A stretch of DNA of 64,000 nt from Vermamoeba vermiformis (Eukaryota), in NCBI GenBank assembly GCA_045837725.1, contig JBEWZL010000075.1, positions 1 to 64,000 of the forward strand, read 5' to 3'. The number at the start of each line of letters is the position of its first letter. The stretch's first letter is position 1. Position numbers and translations under genes: made by a program. The notes under the pieces were generated by a model that had not been told where the DNA came from, made no database searches, and worked only from the letters and a program-made list of their open reading frames with translations. Of this stretch, positions 25,355 to 38,813 are shown piece by piece.

Positions 25355-27686
25355 ATGTCCCAACCACTGCCAGTGAATTCTCCTAGGCGGAAACGAGCCA
25401 ATACAGAATACTCGTTAAACCAGCTTGTAAGTTGATATTACTGCGCGCAATAATAATAATCACGCATTTGAATTAAGTAATTACCTGATCGAATCTAATT
25501 TTTCCATTCCAGATCGTCACTTTTGAAAATAGTTATATCAAAAATTCAAAGGACGCGAATGCAAATATATCAGAGAACGAATGGAACGAGTTGTTAGTAA
25601 AAGAGACATTGAGAATGAAGAAAAAACCTGCTAAAAGGAAAGCGGGCGATGTCTTTACTTCAGAAAGCTCCGAATTGACTACAGACAATTTCCTTAGTCT
25701 TGACCTAGCGAAAAAGAACAGAAGGATTGAACAGTTGTTGTCGAAAAAAGCGGATTTGAAAGAGGAATTGGAAGAGAAAATTTTGGAAACGATTCCAGAG
25801 CCTAAAACTCTGAAGGTAAGTGTCAAATCATCTTTAGTGTAGTTACTCCGACATATATATTGCAAATTTGTGCCAACACAACAATTTATTTTCAACTTTT
25901 TTGAGCGGCGGGGTTTCAATCCGGATCAAAAGTTTATTCGAGGTCATATATGATTCATCATGATAAATATGGCGCACCTAAACACAAATGCCGTAATATT
26001 TCATATTTTTGTGATACACAAACAGAATCTTTCGATTACGGCCTCCGTTCGAATGTACAATTTTAATTGGTTGCTAATTTGTTCGCTATAATAGGACTAT
26101 GACCTCAAGTCTATGGGCGAGCTTATTATAAAGACTAAGGATGAAGATTGCTTGCTTGAATTAGGCGATTTTGAAACAAATTTTGGCAAACAAGTAGCAG
26201 CGCTGATTATTGAAGTGCCACGCAAGGAGCTGTCAAAATATTATTCTACATTTATCTACGACCAGACTAGTACGTATATAATAGTATTTATAGCTCGTTA
26301 AAAATGCAATATACTGAAATTTATCTTTTTTTTAGACGAGCCGATGATTTTCCTCGGATCTGGCGATAAAACTGGACCAGTTGTCGTGTCTATCGAGGCA
26401 TTAGCAAAAGCAAAGTCAAAAGCACATCTTAGAGCCTTTGTTAGGTCAAAAATGGTAAGAGAACACAACGCAACGTCGGAACCTTTAAACCGGATGTCCA
26501 ACCAGCAGGATTTTTAATTAATCGCTTTTTTTTCAATATTATAGTATGATAAATGGGTATTTATTCCGACGTCAAATAAGAACACGAAAGATATCATCAC
26601 GGCGTTGAAAGAACAAGCGCCTGATTTAGTCGATGTCAAATTTGAAAAGGCTAGAGACTCGCAAATAGGCACAAAATTGTTGAAGCTCGAAGAAGTTTTG
26701 AACGAACGGCCTATGATGAAAGTAGGCGTCATATATATAGCCAAGGGACAGACTAGCGAAGATGAATTTTACGGCAACGGTAAGTTAGATTGTTTGACAC
26801 TCACGCTTGATTTATGAATGAGGACAGTGCACGCTTTAAATTTTGCCTAATATGGAAGGTCAATAACGTTGTCTATTTATAGAACGGGGATCGCCAGCGT
26901 TTGACGAATTTTTGGACTTTTTGGGCGAGAAGATCCAGTTGAAGGGTTGGAACAAGTTTGCTGGCGGTCTGGATACTCAAGGTATATTATATATACTACA
27001 GTTATATTATAGGTGCCTAATATGATCTTCGCAGAAAATCTTACGGGCATTAACTCGTATTTTACTGAGTTCGCGCACTTCCAAATCATGTTCCACGTGT
27101 CAACTTTGTTGCCCTGGAGTAAACTAGATACGCAACAGGTACGTCATAATAGGCACCTATATTCATATACTTATCGGGTATGATAAATAGGTCGAAAAGA
27201 AGCGACATATTGGCAATGACATTGTGACGATTGTGTTCGTGGATCCGGGCCATTATTTCGATCCCTCGTGGATTGTATCAGACTTTTTGCATATATTCCT
27301 CGTTATATCGCCACTGATGGACGAGAAAGACAAAAACAAAGTGATTGGATATCGGTAAGTGAACGTGATATTGAATGGATTGAACGAGAACTAATTGTTC
27401 CGCTTTGTCAATTTGTAGAATGTCAGTTGCAACTAGACCTAACGTGCGACCTTTCGGCCCTCGAGTTCCGTTCCCCAACACATTTGTTAAGAATGATGAC
27501 TTCCGAAATTTCTTATTGACTAAAGGTACGTTGAGAAAGATCCGATCTGCTTGAAGAAATTGTTCTAACGCGATTTTATTAGTGATCAACTCTGAAGCAG
27601 CTGCTTTGCAGGCTCCTGCGTTCAAAGAGAAGATTAAGCGAACCAAAGACGCATTTTTGAAAGAGCTGATCAAGGCTAACAAATAA
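25355..27686 (+). CDS. Rap/Ran-GAP domain protein, multi-exon
   Basis: KVGVIYIAKGQTSEDEFYGN, FDEFLDFLG, IMFHVSTLLP, KKRHIGNDIVTIVF. Confidence 0.9.
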
Positions 27687-27911
27687 TAAGAAATTTTTTT
27701 GCTTGGCTGTTATTTAATATCTCCTTATTGTATTTGTAATTGTAACATAGTATCACTACCTCGTCAACGACAAATAAAGGTGTCTTTTATTCGTACCGTG
27801 GCTTAACAACAGCGTGACTTAACCACATCCAAAACTGAAATTGTTCGCGAATTTGATTTATTTGTGTATTCCATGTGCAAAGGCGAATGTAGAGCAAAAA
27901 AATTATAACAG

Positions 27912-30710
27912 ATGAATAGAGTCAAAGATGAGAAAGGACTCGAAAATAAGCCTGGGCAGAATAACTGTTTTCTCAACGTTGTAATCCAAAGTTTGTGGCA
28001 TATTGAAGAACTCCGGAGTTTGATCAACCAAACGGATCAACATAGCCACAATAAGATTTGCATATTGTGCTCGTTGAAGGTAAGGGGATTGTTCTCGATC
28101 CCGTTTATTCGAAATAACACAATAAATATTGCAAATTCGATTTTTGAGCTTACAATCGTATATAAAATTGAAATTATGATATTATAATCATTATAAGAAT
28201 TATTTATGCATTAATTAGTACTTTTAAATCTATTCTAGCTTTTTTTTGAGGCAAATTTCCATTAATTTTTGATCTCTACTTTTTCTAGACAATATTCGTT
28301 GAATTCGAGCACCTAGAAGACGAAACATTATCACCCAGCTGCTTAAGAAAATCTTTAAATGATGCATTTGCAGAAACCGGTCGATTCAAACTTGGTAGTC
28401 TTGTAAGCAGATCTGCTTGTACCTCAAAACTCCAAACGACGCAAATTCTAACCAATCTTATTTGAATAATTATAGGACGATGCAACAGAGGCCTACGTAA
28501 GTGAATTAGGAAATTTGGAAATTCTGATAGTGGATTCGATCAAAAACCACGCCGTGAACTCACCGTTGATTTAGGTTGAAATAATGAATAGTATTCACGG
28601 GGCTCGTCTCCGATTGGCGAGAGGATTGCGATCCGCCTTGTCCCGTACATTCTACGTGCGGTCTAACGACGATTTCGCAGGTACGATCTAAATCCAAATT
28701 GAACTCGAAATTTCCTGGGGTGGTAGAAAAATCCAGAGAGTGTCGATTTATATTTATGATATTTTAATGATATTTTTACTACTATTACCAACCAAGGACA
28801 AAGTTTTTTTCACGAGTTTTCCAGTCTTACAAAGGCAAAAAACAACTCCTAATTATTTAATTTCCCTCCCATTAATTCCTTAATTTTATTTTATAGATCA
28901 ACTGCTTAAAAACAACGTGCGGAACATCTTCAGAACCTGCTGTAGAAAAATCATTGGTTTATTATGCTTACGCGGCTGCTTTAAGGTAAGCCAGTAACAT
29001 TACAAGCTATATTATAATATTATAGAGAATAATTTACTTATTCTTGTTGTTATTTTTGCAGGAAATGCCATGAAGCTTATCCTCGTTACGCTTTTGATAA
29101 ATTACTCAAAAAGAGTAACGAAGACCAGCGGGCTTGTACGAACGAGGTAGGCTTTCCTTTTGAATATAAGCATCTATATATATCTTTATATTAATATTTC
29201 ACGCAGGCATGTCGAGCAATGACCTACGTGTCAAAGTACGCGGTCAGTCAGCCGAGTGTTTTGGCCATTGCGCTGGCTTGGGACAGTGCGCAGCCAGCAC
29301 CGCAAGAAATCACGGACATTTTGAATTTGATTCAAATCGAAGTCAATTTACGACACATGTTCTCGCGGACAGAGGACTGCACTTATCGATTGAAGGGACT
29401 GATTTGTTACTATGGCTTGCATTACGCTGCTTATTTTTACAACAGTTCTATCAAGAAGTGGATTTATCTCGACGACACCATCGTCAAAGAGGTAAGCACG
29501 AGTTATAATAAGATTATCTATTGTTATAATAGTCACGTAAAGTGTCATGATGGCGAGCTTCGTTTTGACACTTTTTGACACGTAGGTCGGATCCCTTTGG
29601 AAAGATGTCAAAGAGAAGTGCAAGGCGGGTCATTTCCAACCGAGCATGTTGTTCTACGAGAAATTCAATCCCGCGCGTGAAGACATGTTCTATCAGCCCT
29701 CGGAGACGGATTTTCTCGAGATCTCGCAACTGAATGGTAACTTGTCGCGCAGCAAGGTGTTCATCAACGAGATTCAACGACAACCATTCTATCCGCCCTC
29801 GCAGCCAGTAGCCGCTGCCGAACATCCCAAGTTCCAGCCACGTGATGTCTTTGCGACTATTCAGAATCAAATGGCTTTTGCGCGCAGTCCTGAGCAGCAA
29901 TTGACGAACGGACACGCTAACGGCCATTCAATGAACAGCAATGCCGAGCGACGCGGAATTAAACGGCGGCGAAGATATTCCGACGAGTACACGCACATCC
30001 CGCTTGACGAGTACAAAGAGCACGCGTTGAATGGCAGTTCCACGCTAGGCGAGTCTGAGGGCGGAATATTATCGTTCTTGGATTCTCCGACTGCTTCAGT
30101 GAACGGCACCAATGGCGTTTCTAATGGCACGAACGGGACCAATCACGAATTGGATCTGTCAAAGAGCACGCCAAGCCACACGTTCAATGGCCTCGTGTCG
30201 GTCACAGGGGCCACTAGCAATCTCAGTCAATCGACTATTCCTGATTTCGTGAACATTAACAATCCATTCGACTTCACGCCAAATTTGGAAAATTTCTCGA
30301 GATCTGTCATTGACACGACGAATCACGAGTCATTTTCTATTTGGAGGCCGTTGAAGGCGTTCAAAAGGTTCTTGTTCCAAACACCTGGCTCAACTGTGGA
30401 TCGAGCTAATGGCACCGATAAGAACGGCCATGCGAATGGTCATTCGAACGGATCCACGAATGGCGAGTACTTTATGGACACGGAGAAAACGGACAATAAT
30501 GGATATTTGCCCGAAGACTCGAATTTCAATAAGAAGATGGAGGGATCGCCTACTACAAACAATTTTGAATTCTTTCGAGACCGTCAGAATTCACCGAATA
30601 AGCCACTGGACAAGTCGTTTTATGGCACGCACACATTTCACTCGGGTTTGGGACGACGGAAAAGTCAGTTCTTGTCGCCGCAGGCTTATGCACAAGTCAA
30701 CGAAGACTAA
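27912..30710 (+). CDS. USP53/USP54-like ubiquitin C-terminal hydrolase with a disordered tail, multi-exon
   Basis: KGLENKPGQNNCFLNVVIQSLWH, GLICYYGLHYAAYF, WIYLDD, FQPSMLFYE. Confidence 0.88.
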
Positions 30711-30855
30711 GCGAATGTAATATAGTACCTTCAAAATAACCTCTTGTTAATAGTTGTTGTACAAAGTTTGTAAATTAAACAGATCTGGTTTGTGACGAAA
30801 GAAAAAAAAAAAACAAACCAACTTGTTTATAACTCAAAAGCGTCGTCTTTTTTAT

Positions 30856-32671
30856 TCAAAATAACGTCTTATTTAGCCCTCTATATGTCTCTAATCGTTC
30901 AGCTATTCTCTTGTTGTCCCAAACTAAATAATGATTGAATCTCTCGGCAATCTCGCCAGCTAAAGCAAAGTTATTTTCTTGTTAGAGCGTTCGAATATGA
31001 AGGTTTAAGGCGTACCTTTAGCAGGTCTTAATAGCACAACGTCACCAATATCAAGTTGCACTGATGCATTCACTTTGAGCGGTGTTTGAACTTCACCAAA
31101 GCCCTCGTCTGGATACGTCTTCAAGCCGCGAGGTAAGAATGCTTGCGGTAACTTGTCGGGGCTAGCAGGACCACTATAAAAAATATTATTGTTAAAATTA
31201 TCATAGAAGTAAATCGTGCCTACCTTGCTACAAAGCCGCCACTTTGACAGACCACGACATCATTCTCAGGAATTCTCGTTACGCGCAGCGCATAAGCAAA
31301 GGCGGGGAGGCACTTGTTATTGCGATAATAATCAAATAGTGTGCTTTGTAAGAACCCTGACCCCGCTGTAACCTATCGCATGAAAGTCAAATAAATGTTA
31401 TTGACACGTGACATTTGACACTTACCTCAGTAATCCAGGGCTCTTGACTGGTCGATATCAACGAGCCAGTACCGCCTCCGTTAAATATTTCAAGCTTTAC
31501 ATTCTCTCTTTGCAAGTACGAGGCTATCAATCGTCTTTTTCGTGCGCTCATGTAGATCGATAACTTCTTGACGGCCCAGATTCCAATCGCAAATATTTTT
31601 GACACGAAAGGTGTTTTGTCGGGCAGTCCTGCAACTTGTGCCTATTTCTCGGTTAAAATGATACCGCGGAAGTTGTTATCATTCACGTACTTCGTAGCCC
31701 ATGACACCTGTCAATTGACAGTGTTTCGAGTACTTTATGATAAAGTCAGCGACAGATCTAAAGTCTCTGAATGATCTGATCGGCGATCGATGCACACCTA
31801 AGTCATATTTAGCTGTTTTTAAGTGATATAAAGTAGACTAGCCTTACCCAGGTGAATGCAATCAAACACGCGCAATGACATGTCAACGTCCAAGCACAGT
31901 TTGATCTTATTGGTGAGTTGTTTGTCCGGATAAAGATTGTTCCATTCATCGTACGCGTGATCAATCATGTGCACGTGCTCTTCACTGTCAATCATCAAAG
32001 TGATATTTTGGGTCTTGTGACCGAGTTCGAAGAATTCAAAAAGTTCAGCTGAGGGTTAAATGTCGTTAGTTTTTGACACTTTGACAGGTGTCACTGGTTA
32101 ATAATGTCACGTGCCTTTCTCAGCAGTTGGATAGCCCATCAAAATATCGTTGAATTTGTACTCTTTAACGAGCCAGCAAGCCTCTCTGAGATTGTAGCAC
32201 ATGAGGCCTTGAAATCTCGTGCCAAGTTCTTTGGCGATCAGTTGCATCAAACCAGGAACTCGAACTGACTACATGTAATAAGTTACATATTAATAAAGCT
32301 CATAATGTTTTTGTAGCAGTACCTTGGAAGCTAATCGAAGTTTTTTGTTGTATTTTTCACAAATGGATCTAATGATACCAATGTTATGCACTAGGTTTGA
32401 CTTATGTACAACCATAGCTGGTAATATTTCTTCTGATAATTGAATGGCTAAATATAGATCTCTCAGATTCCAGTTGTCACTTTCGTAAGGAGTCTGAAAA
32501 TTAAAAAATTAATTAACCAAAAATCAAACAAAGCAGAGACTCTCGTAGCAATATATAACCGACCTTTAGTCTTCTCGAAAATATATTCCTGAATTTTTGG
32601 AGAAAGAACGAGAGTAAAATGATCCCAAGCGAAACGGATCTGTAGACCAGCTGCAAGAATACAGAAAACAT
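30856..32671 (-). CDS. Fold-III PLP enzyme (D-serine dehydratase / D-threonine aldolase / alanine-racemase-like) with a hydrophobic N-terminus, multi-exon
   Basis: Spliced motifs LRLASK|SVRVP, DILMGYP, HLGVHRSP, GVMGYE|AQVAGLPD, FNGGGTGS, GFGEVQTP, GEIAERF, TYRG. Confidence 0.85.
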
Positions 32672-32800
32672 GATGATAATTATATATTACAATATTAGAT
32701 GTACATGAGGCATTGTGGTCAAAATATACAAGTTGTTAATGAATACCAAAAAAGATTTATTCTGTGAACAGCATTCTTGTCAATAAAACATCCGTAATAT

Positions 32801-33406
32801 TCAGTAAATAAGCAGGTCGTATTTGCATTGGTTCTCTGTATTGAACCAATCATCCTCTATTGAATCAGAAAGGAAGGAAAGATCAGGCAGATCTGGTTCC
32901 GGTTCAGGTGGTGCAGTGGATCGAGGCGGAGCAATCAAAAGCAGCGAGTAGACAGTGTCGCTTGCCATAGTCTTTTGTTTAGGACCAACAAAGTACTCGT
33001 ACATACATATGTTTAGGGGCCTGAATTCCTTCTTAGCGCTGTAGATGATTTTTTGATCCCCAATGCCAGATGTGACGTGCTTTTGGTGACCAGAGCAGTT
33101 CTCGAACGGAAATATACGACCTCCTTGTTTTTTAAACATCACGGATGTCTTTTTGACATAGAACCCAGGGCGTGTATTGTTGTTGTAGGCCAAATCCACG
33201 GACAGTCGCGGACCAAACAGTTGCACAGCCCTAGCAAGGTCTTTCAGAATATGTTCGTTATCTTTGTTGAACTGCGTTGGATCGGCATTGCGAAGGGTGT
33301 ACAACAGCTGGGCATACATTTCCTCTAGATCAAGGCTTTTGTCCGGGACTACTTAAAAAGTAAGAAAAGATCCATACACCAATTCAAAACCCTTACCAGG
33401 CTCCAT
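32801..33406 (-). CDS. Hypothetical protein of about 185 aa, 2 exons, acidic C-tail
   Basis: 10-nt first exon (ATGGAGCCTG|gtaag) splices in frame to ORF 32801-33319. No family recognised. Confidence 0.55.
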
Positions 33407-33670
33407 ACAAGCAAGAGTAATAAGATAATGAAATTGTTATTTTGTGATATGTTCTTTTGCGGCGGTGATTGGTAATAATAGCGCATGGTTTCATCGCTTT
33501 TTATGTCGTTCTTTTGGAAATTTTATCAAGTTTATGCGGTCCGCGGACGGATTACTAAATTTAGAAAAGAATCTGTGCAATGATGACGAAGTTTCGAGTT
33601 TATATACAACATTAATTATTATTCACACTTACAGTTTCTCATTGAGCCAAAATGATATATTTTCGCGTTC

Positions 33671-36600
33671 TTATTTGACTCTATTAACAAAAAAGTTGAT
33701 GCATGTCACGTGATAGAGCTCATCCTGTTGCATCCAATGACACGTTCGCGAGTCATACGCATTGACACGTGTCATACATAAACGGCAGAATCGCTCGCTA
33801 TTCGGTGCGTGTAGCTCATCATCCGCGGACAATTTTTCACCAGGGACCACAATCTATTCAGTGAATATGCATTAGATCAATAAGACCTTCATAAGCACCA
33901 GTCAATACGTACTTGATCGAGGCCAAGGGACTTTGCCTTCTCGCACAAACTCTTCCATTTGTGCGGAGTTTGATCGATCAAAAATGGCAATGAAGCGGCC
34001 ATAGGACTCGCCATAGTGTTGTACTTGTTGGTGTCCTTGGCAATCGTGCGAAGTATGCGCGAGATGACGGTGTAGATCTGATTCAAGGCTGCAAAGTAAG
34101 TCTTGATCTTTTCAGTCTTCATCACCTTGTTCAGAATGTCGAGTTCTTTGGCGGCTTCGTGCTGCTTGTTGACATTTTCCAGGAACTCTGTCGCACGACT
34201 GAACTCCTCGTTAGCTTTCTCAAGACTTTGTTGCCATCTAGCATAGATTAGTTATTGAAAAAGCTCAAAAATGACACGTGTCAAACTTACTTGTAGACGT
34301 CACCAGCAGTGACCGTAGGTTGCTTGACTTGAACTTTAGGCTCTTCAGTACTGCTAGTTTTCTCGCTCGTCTCAAGTCCAAGGGAGAATGATGCTGTTGT
34401 TGAGGAGGTCTTAGGACCCTCGAAGAATAAATGAGCTGACAGCTGCGAAGAGGAGCTGAACGGCAATTCAACGCGTGGCACTGACGGACTCGACTTTGGT
34501 GCCTCTTCAACAGGTGCTGCCGGCGTTTCTTCGGTCTTAGGTGCAGTCGGGTCGTAAAACGCGAGGAAAGTGCTCTTGGTGAGGGGTTCAGGCTTGGCTG
34601 TCCTGAAGTCAGAGAACTCAAATTCATCGCCAAAAGTGCCGTTCGCTTTCTTCTCCGTGCTTCCGTTCAAGCTCTCCGGAAGAGGGATCGGTGCTTGTGA
34701 CGAGAAAATGTCCAGCAAACTCTTTGGTGGCGGTTGTGCGCTGTCATTTGGTGAGGCTTTGGGCAGTTCCATCAGCAATGACGAGTCACCTTTCTTTGCA
34801 GCAGCAGTGGGTGGATTGGATGGCGTGTTGGAACCGTTGAAGGAGCCAAAGAAATCATCGGCCCCAGCTGAGGACTTCAAATTGCCAGTGTTTGATGGAC
34901 CAGGAATTGTGCCCATAATTGTCGAGCCTCGCTTTGAGCCCGCTCCTTCTTTGACAGCCGTTGTCTTAGTACCATTAGCTGCACCTGTAGTCGCAGCAGT
35001 TTTAGCTGCTGGCACACCTCTTGTGGGCAATGTCGGGGTCTTGGAAATGGTTGGTGTGGACTTGGTGCCGAGTGGTGCCTTGGGCTGTTGTTTGGTTGAC
35101 TGTTGCTTGGTTGGCTGTTGCTTGGTTGGCTGTTGCTTGGTGGTTTGTTGCTTTGTGGTGGCTGTTGTCTTGCTTGACGAGGGACCAATGCCTTGCATCA
35201 CCTTCTTACCACTCGCGGGGGCTGGGGCTTGTGTCTTGCTCGGCTCAGCAGGAATCTTGCCCATGATCACTGTACCACGCTTTGGGTGTGGTCCATCACG
35301 TGGGACCGTGTGCGAAGGTGACTGAGGCGATACTAATCGCGGGGACTCGCCAGACTTCTTCAAGCCGATTATACTCGCGAACAGATCTTCAGTGACTTGC
35401 AAGCCCTTAGTTGATGTGCCCGAAGCAGCTTGTTGAGTAGGAGGACTCGTGTTCGTCGAAGGAATTGAAATGTCGGTCATTGTCGGCCCTGTAGGGAAGT
35501 CCCAGTCTTCAACAGTCGTTGGAGTCACTGCAGCTGGTGTCATTTGAGGCGGGAACATGGGCGTGAGAGGCAACATGACAGGTGTCAATCCAACACCCGT
35601 GGGAAGTGGCTGTGGAGTTGTGCCTGCTGAAACAAAATCGCCCATGTCCTCGTCATCAAACGTCAGCTCTGTCTTTGCTGCCACGGGCGTGGGAGTCTGT
35701 AGTGTGGCTTGTTGCTCGGGCTTGTTATTCTGCGCATCAATCACTTGATACAACAAGTTCATCGAGTCATTCAACATTTCTTCAAGCTGCACGGGCTTAT
35801 CAGATTGAGGCTTCTTCTGCGACTTAATCGACTCGTAGATCGAGAAAAGACTGGATCCAACCGGCGTTGTGCTTGCAGCTTCTACAGGTGTCGAAGGTGT
35901 CAAAGAAACGACAGGTGTCAACGTGGGGGTTGGGAGCGGTGAGTCTTGAGAGCCGGGTGTCAAATTCAATGACACTGTAGCCGTCGCTAATGGCGTTGAC
36001 AATGAGATATTCGGTGATTCTCCTCCGTTGACCTGCAATGTACCAAGAGGCGTAGTTACGTCCAAAGGAACACTCTCGCCAAATCCTGTTGGAGTTGACG
36101 TAGCTGGAACAGAGGGCAATTGGAAACTGGAAAAGAACGAGTCTGCAAGAGCTTGAATATTCAGTGGCATGTCGGTTGATGTATTGGCAACGGATATGGC
36201 AGGCACGGAAGGTGTGAGGCTTTGACTGCTCGATGCGGAGGAAGTGTCATTTGTGCTAAACGGAGAGCTCTGTGGTGATTCCTGAGCCAACATTGTCAGA
36301 GGGTTGTGCGGCTTGAACATTGAGGCATCGCTCTGCGGTGCCATGGTGACAGGTGTCAATGAGCCAGAACTGACAGGAGTATGTGGCTGCTCTGGCATTG
36401 TGAAACCAGCGTGAGGACTTGCATTGTCGGTATGCGACTGATTGTTTGGCATTGAAGGTGATTGGTTAACGGCAGGTTGTTCAATCGGCTTCGAGGCAAT
36501 GGTGTTGACAGCGTTGAGCTCCATCACTGGTGTGACAGGCGTGATTGAAGTCATGACAAGCATAGAAGTAGCCACAGAGGTGTTAGTATGGACAGCAGCT

Positions 36601-38552
36601 TGGTCTGGAGTTGAGGCAGCAGGAGTAGAAATCGCTGCTTGAAACGCGTCCTCGAGTGAAACGTTGTTGTGAGAAGGCGTGAGTGAAGGAGCAGGAGTGA
36701 CTGGAATGTCAACAGGGGAAGTCAACATGACAGGCATTGTCGATGTAGTCAACGGCATGCTTTGTACAACTTCAGAAGTGTGCGGGGCCAACGTAGGAAA
36801 CGAGTTCGTTTGCATTGGGCTATTCGTTGGTGGTGTGTTGCTGGATTGCTGTTTACCAAGTTCAGTGAAAAAATTGTCAAGTCCTTGATTGCTCGTGGGT
36901 GCATTTGTCGGTGTAGTCGTGGGAGCATTCATGGCAGCGAGGACATTTGAAACATTGAACGCCTCGAACTTATCTTTCGAGCTCGTCCTCTTCGCTGCAT
37001 TTGTGTCGTTAGTGTTGAGCGGGCTCGACTCCACTGATTGCGTTGGCGTGACTTTTGTCGATGTTGTCAATTTGACCATGGATGGCGGGATATTTCCAAC
37101 AGATCCACGGCGACTGTGACTGCCACTCGAAGTTTCATTCGATTTGTTCGTGCTGGTAGGCGTCTCGACGACTGCTTGGCCGAAAGGCGAGGGCTTGGGT
37201 TGTTCGGGTTGAAGAGGCATCGCAAAGGGTGACGTCGTCGGTGTAGTAGGAGATATGGTATTGAAGACATTAGTTGGAGGTGTACTTGCGGGGAAATTGA
37301 AGTTTGTAGGTGTTGAGGTGTTAGTCGTAGGAGTTGTTGGTACGCCAGACAAATTCGCGAAGAACTGATCCGCGACCGATTGAATGTTGGTACTGGTGCT
37401 AGGTGTACTGCCAATGTTGCTAAATGGCGTTGTATTGGCTGGTTGAGGGTTTGTATTGAAGTGCTGAGGCATTGTCGTGGGTGTTGGCTCTGGCTTGGTT
37501 GTTTGGAAAGTCGTGGCTGACGCGAAAAAGTCATCGTCATCACCCGATGCTGAAGGTTGAGTATTGATAGGTGTCATCATCGGCATTGTACTCGGCATTG
37601 TGGGTGTTAAGGTTGGTATCATAGGTGTAACGGGTGTTATGGTATGTGGTACTGGGTTAGTTGTTTGTGTCACAGGCGTTGGATTGGCGTTGTTCGGTAG
37701 ACCTCCGAGGGACGCAAAGAACTGACTAGCCAAGTCTTGTATCTCAGCTGGTGATTGCGTGCTCGTGTTTGGCATTTGTGGTGGTGTATTCATGGGCTGT
37801 GGCGTCATCGGTTGAGGTGCCATGTTGAACCCTCCACCGTTCTGCATAAAGAAAGTATTTTGGGGTGGCATCATGATATTCGTGGCAGGGGTGGGGTTGG
37901 TATATGTAGGCATAGTATTGTTAACGGCTATTGAATCAATGGCTGAACCCAACAAGTCGTCAAGTGGCTCGTTCATCATTTGTTTGACACTCTTTTTCTA
38001 TATACAATAATTTAGTATAAATATTTAAATAGTATAAATATTGAGTGACGTACTTCTAGAGCGGATCCCAATGCAGGTTGAGTCTGAGTATAATTTGGTT
38101 GATTAAAAAATCCGTTTTGATTGCCTGGCGTCATCGTCATTGGTTGTGTCATCATCATGGGAGCCTGTTGAAATCCTTGCTGCATAAACATTTGATTTTG
38201 CATCATTGGATCCACCTGCATCATTGGAAAACCAAAGTTCATTTGCGTAGGCTGCATCCCATTCCCGATCGTCCCATTTTGTTGCGGAGCTGAATTTTTA
38301 ATTATTATATGAAGAAGTCGTGAAAATAAATAAAATTACACGTTAAATCAAGTTAAATATATGGTAGGAAAAGTAAATAATAATTTCAATCACGAAATTA
38401 ATAAATTAGCCAGATCAAAGTTTGTCTATTTGACACAACCCTTTAAATGCAAAATTATCGGCTAAACATGCGTATATATCATTATACTTACTGCCATTAA
38501 ACTGCCCTTGCATAGGCAGCCCAAATCCGTTATTTCCATAATAGTAGGCCAT
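33671..38552 (-). CDS. Synergin-gamma-like AP-1/clathrin accessory protein with a ~3.7-kb low-complexity exon
   Basis: C-terminal WQQSLEKA...YFAALNQIY...CRLC...YHVTCINFFVNRV* resembles the synergin-gamma C-terminus. Acidic-Phe motifs DMGDFVSA and FEFSDF match GAE-binding motifs. Confidence 0.7.
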
Positions 38553-38813
38553 CTACGGTCCTTTCAAGCTGCAGAATATGAATATAATTTACAAGTACAT
38601 ATATATGTTGCTACTCTACGCCCACGTCTTGTAGTAATGACGGCAAGCGCGGGTTGTCTTATTTTGGCTGAAAAAGCTTCGGAAAAACCGTCGATAAGAA
38701 AATTATCGTAGATCGCGCTCATTTTAGCTCATCTTGATCATTTGAGCCACGAGAAGGTTCTTTTAAGGACGTGATTACTACACTTGATTATTATATACTA
38801 TAATTAACAAACA

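Noticed and set aside
28876-28896. TTCCTTAAT branch-like motif in a USP intron as a possible U12 intron
   Set aside because: The donor is GTACGA (U2 type) and lacks the RTATCCT consensus.
32801-33319. ORF as a final exon of the synergin-like gene
   Set aside because: That gene already ends at YHVTCINFFVNRVK* (33671); this ORF has its own ATG-containing micro-exon.
34570-37232. Long plus-strand ORFs opposite the large exon (likewise opposite RRP5, EF1A, Rac and the SDR)
   Set aside because: Antisense shadows of real coding sequence caused by codon bias.
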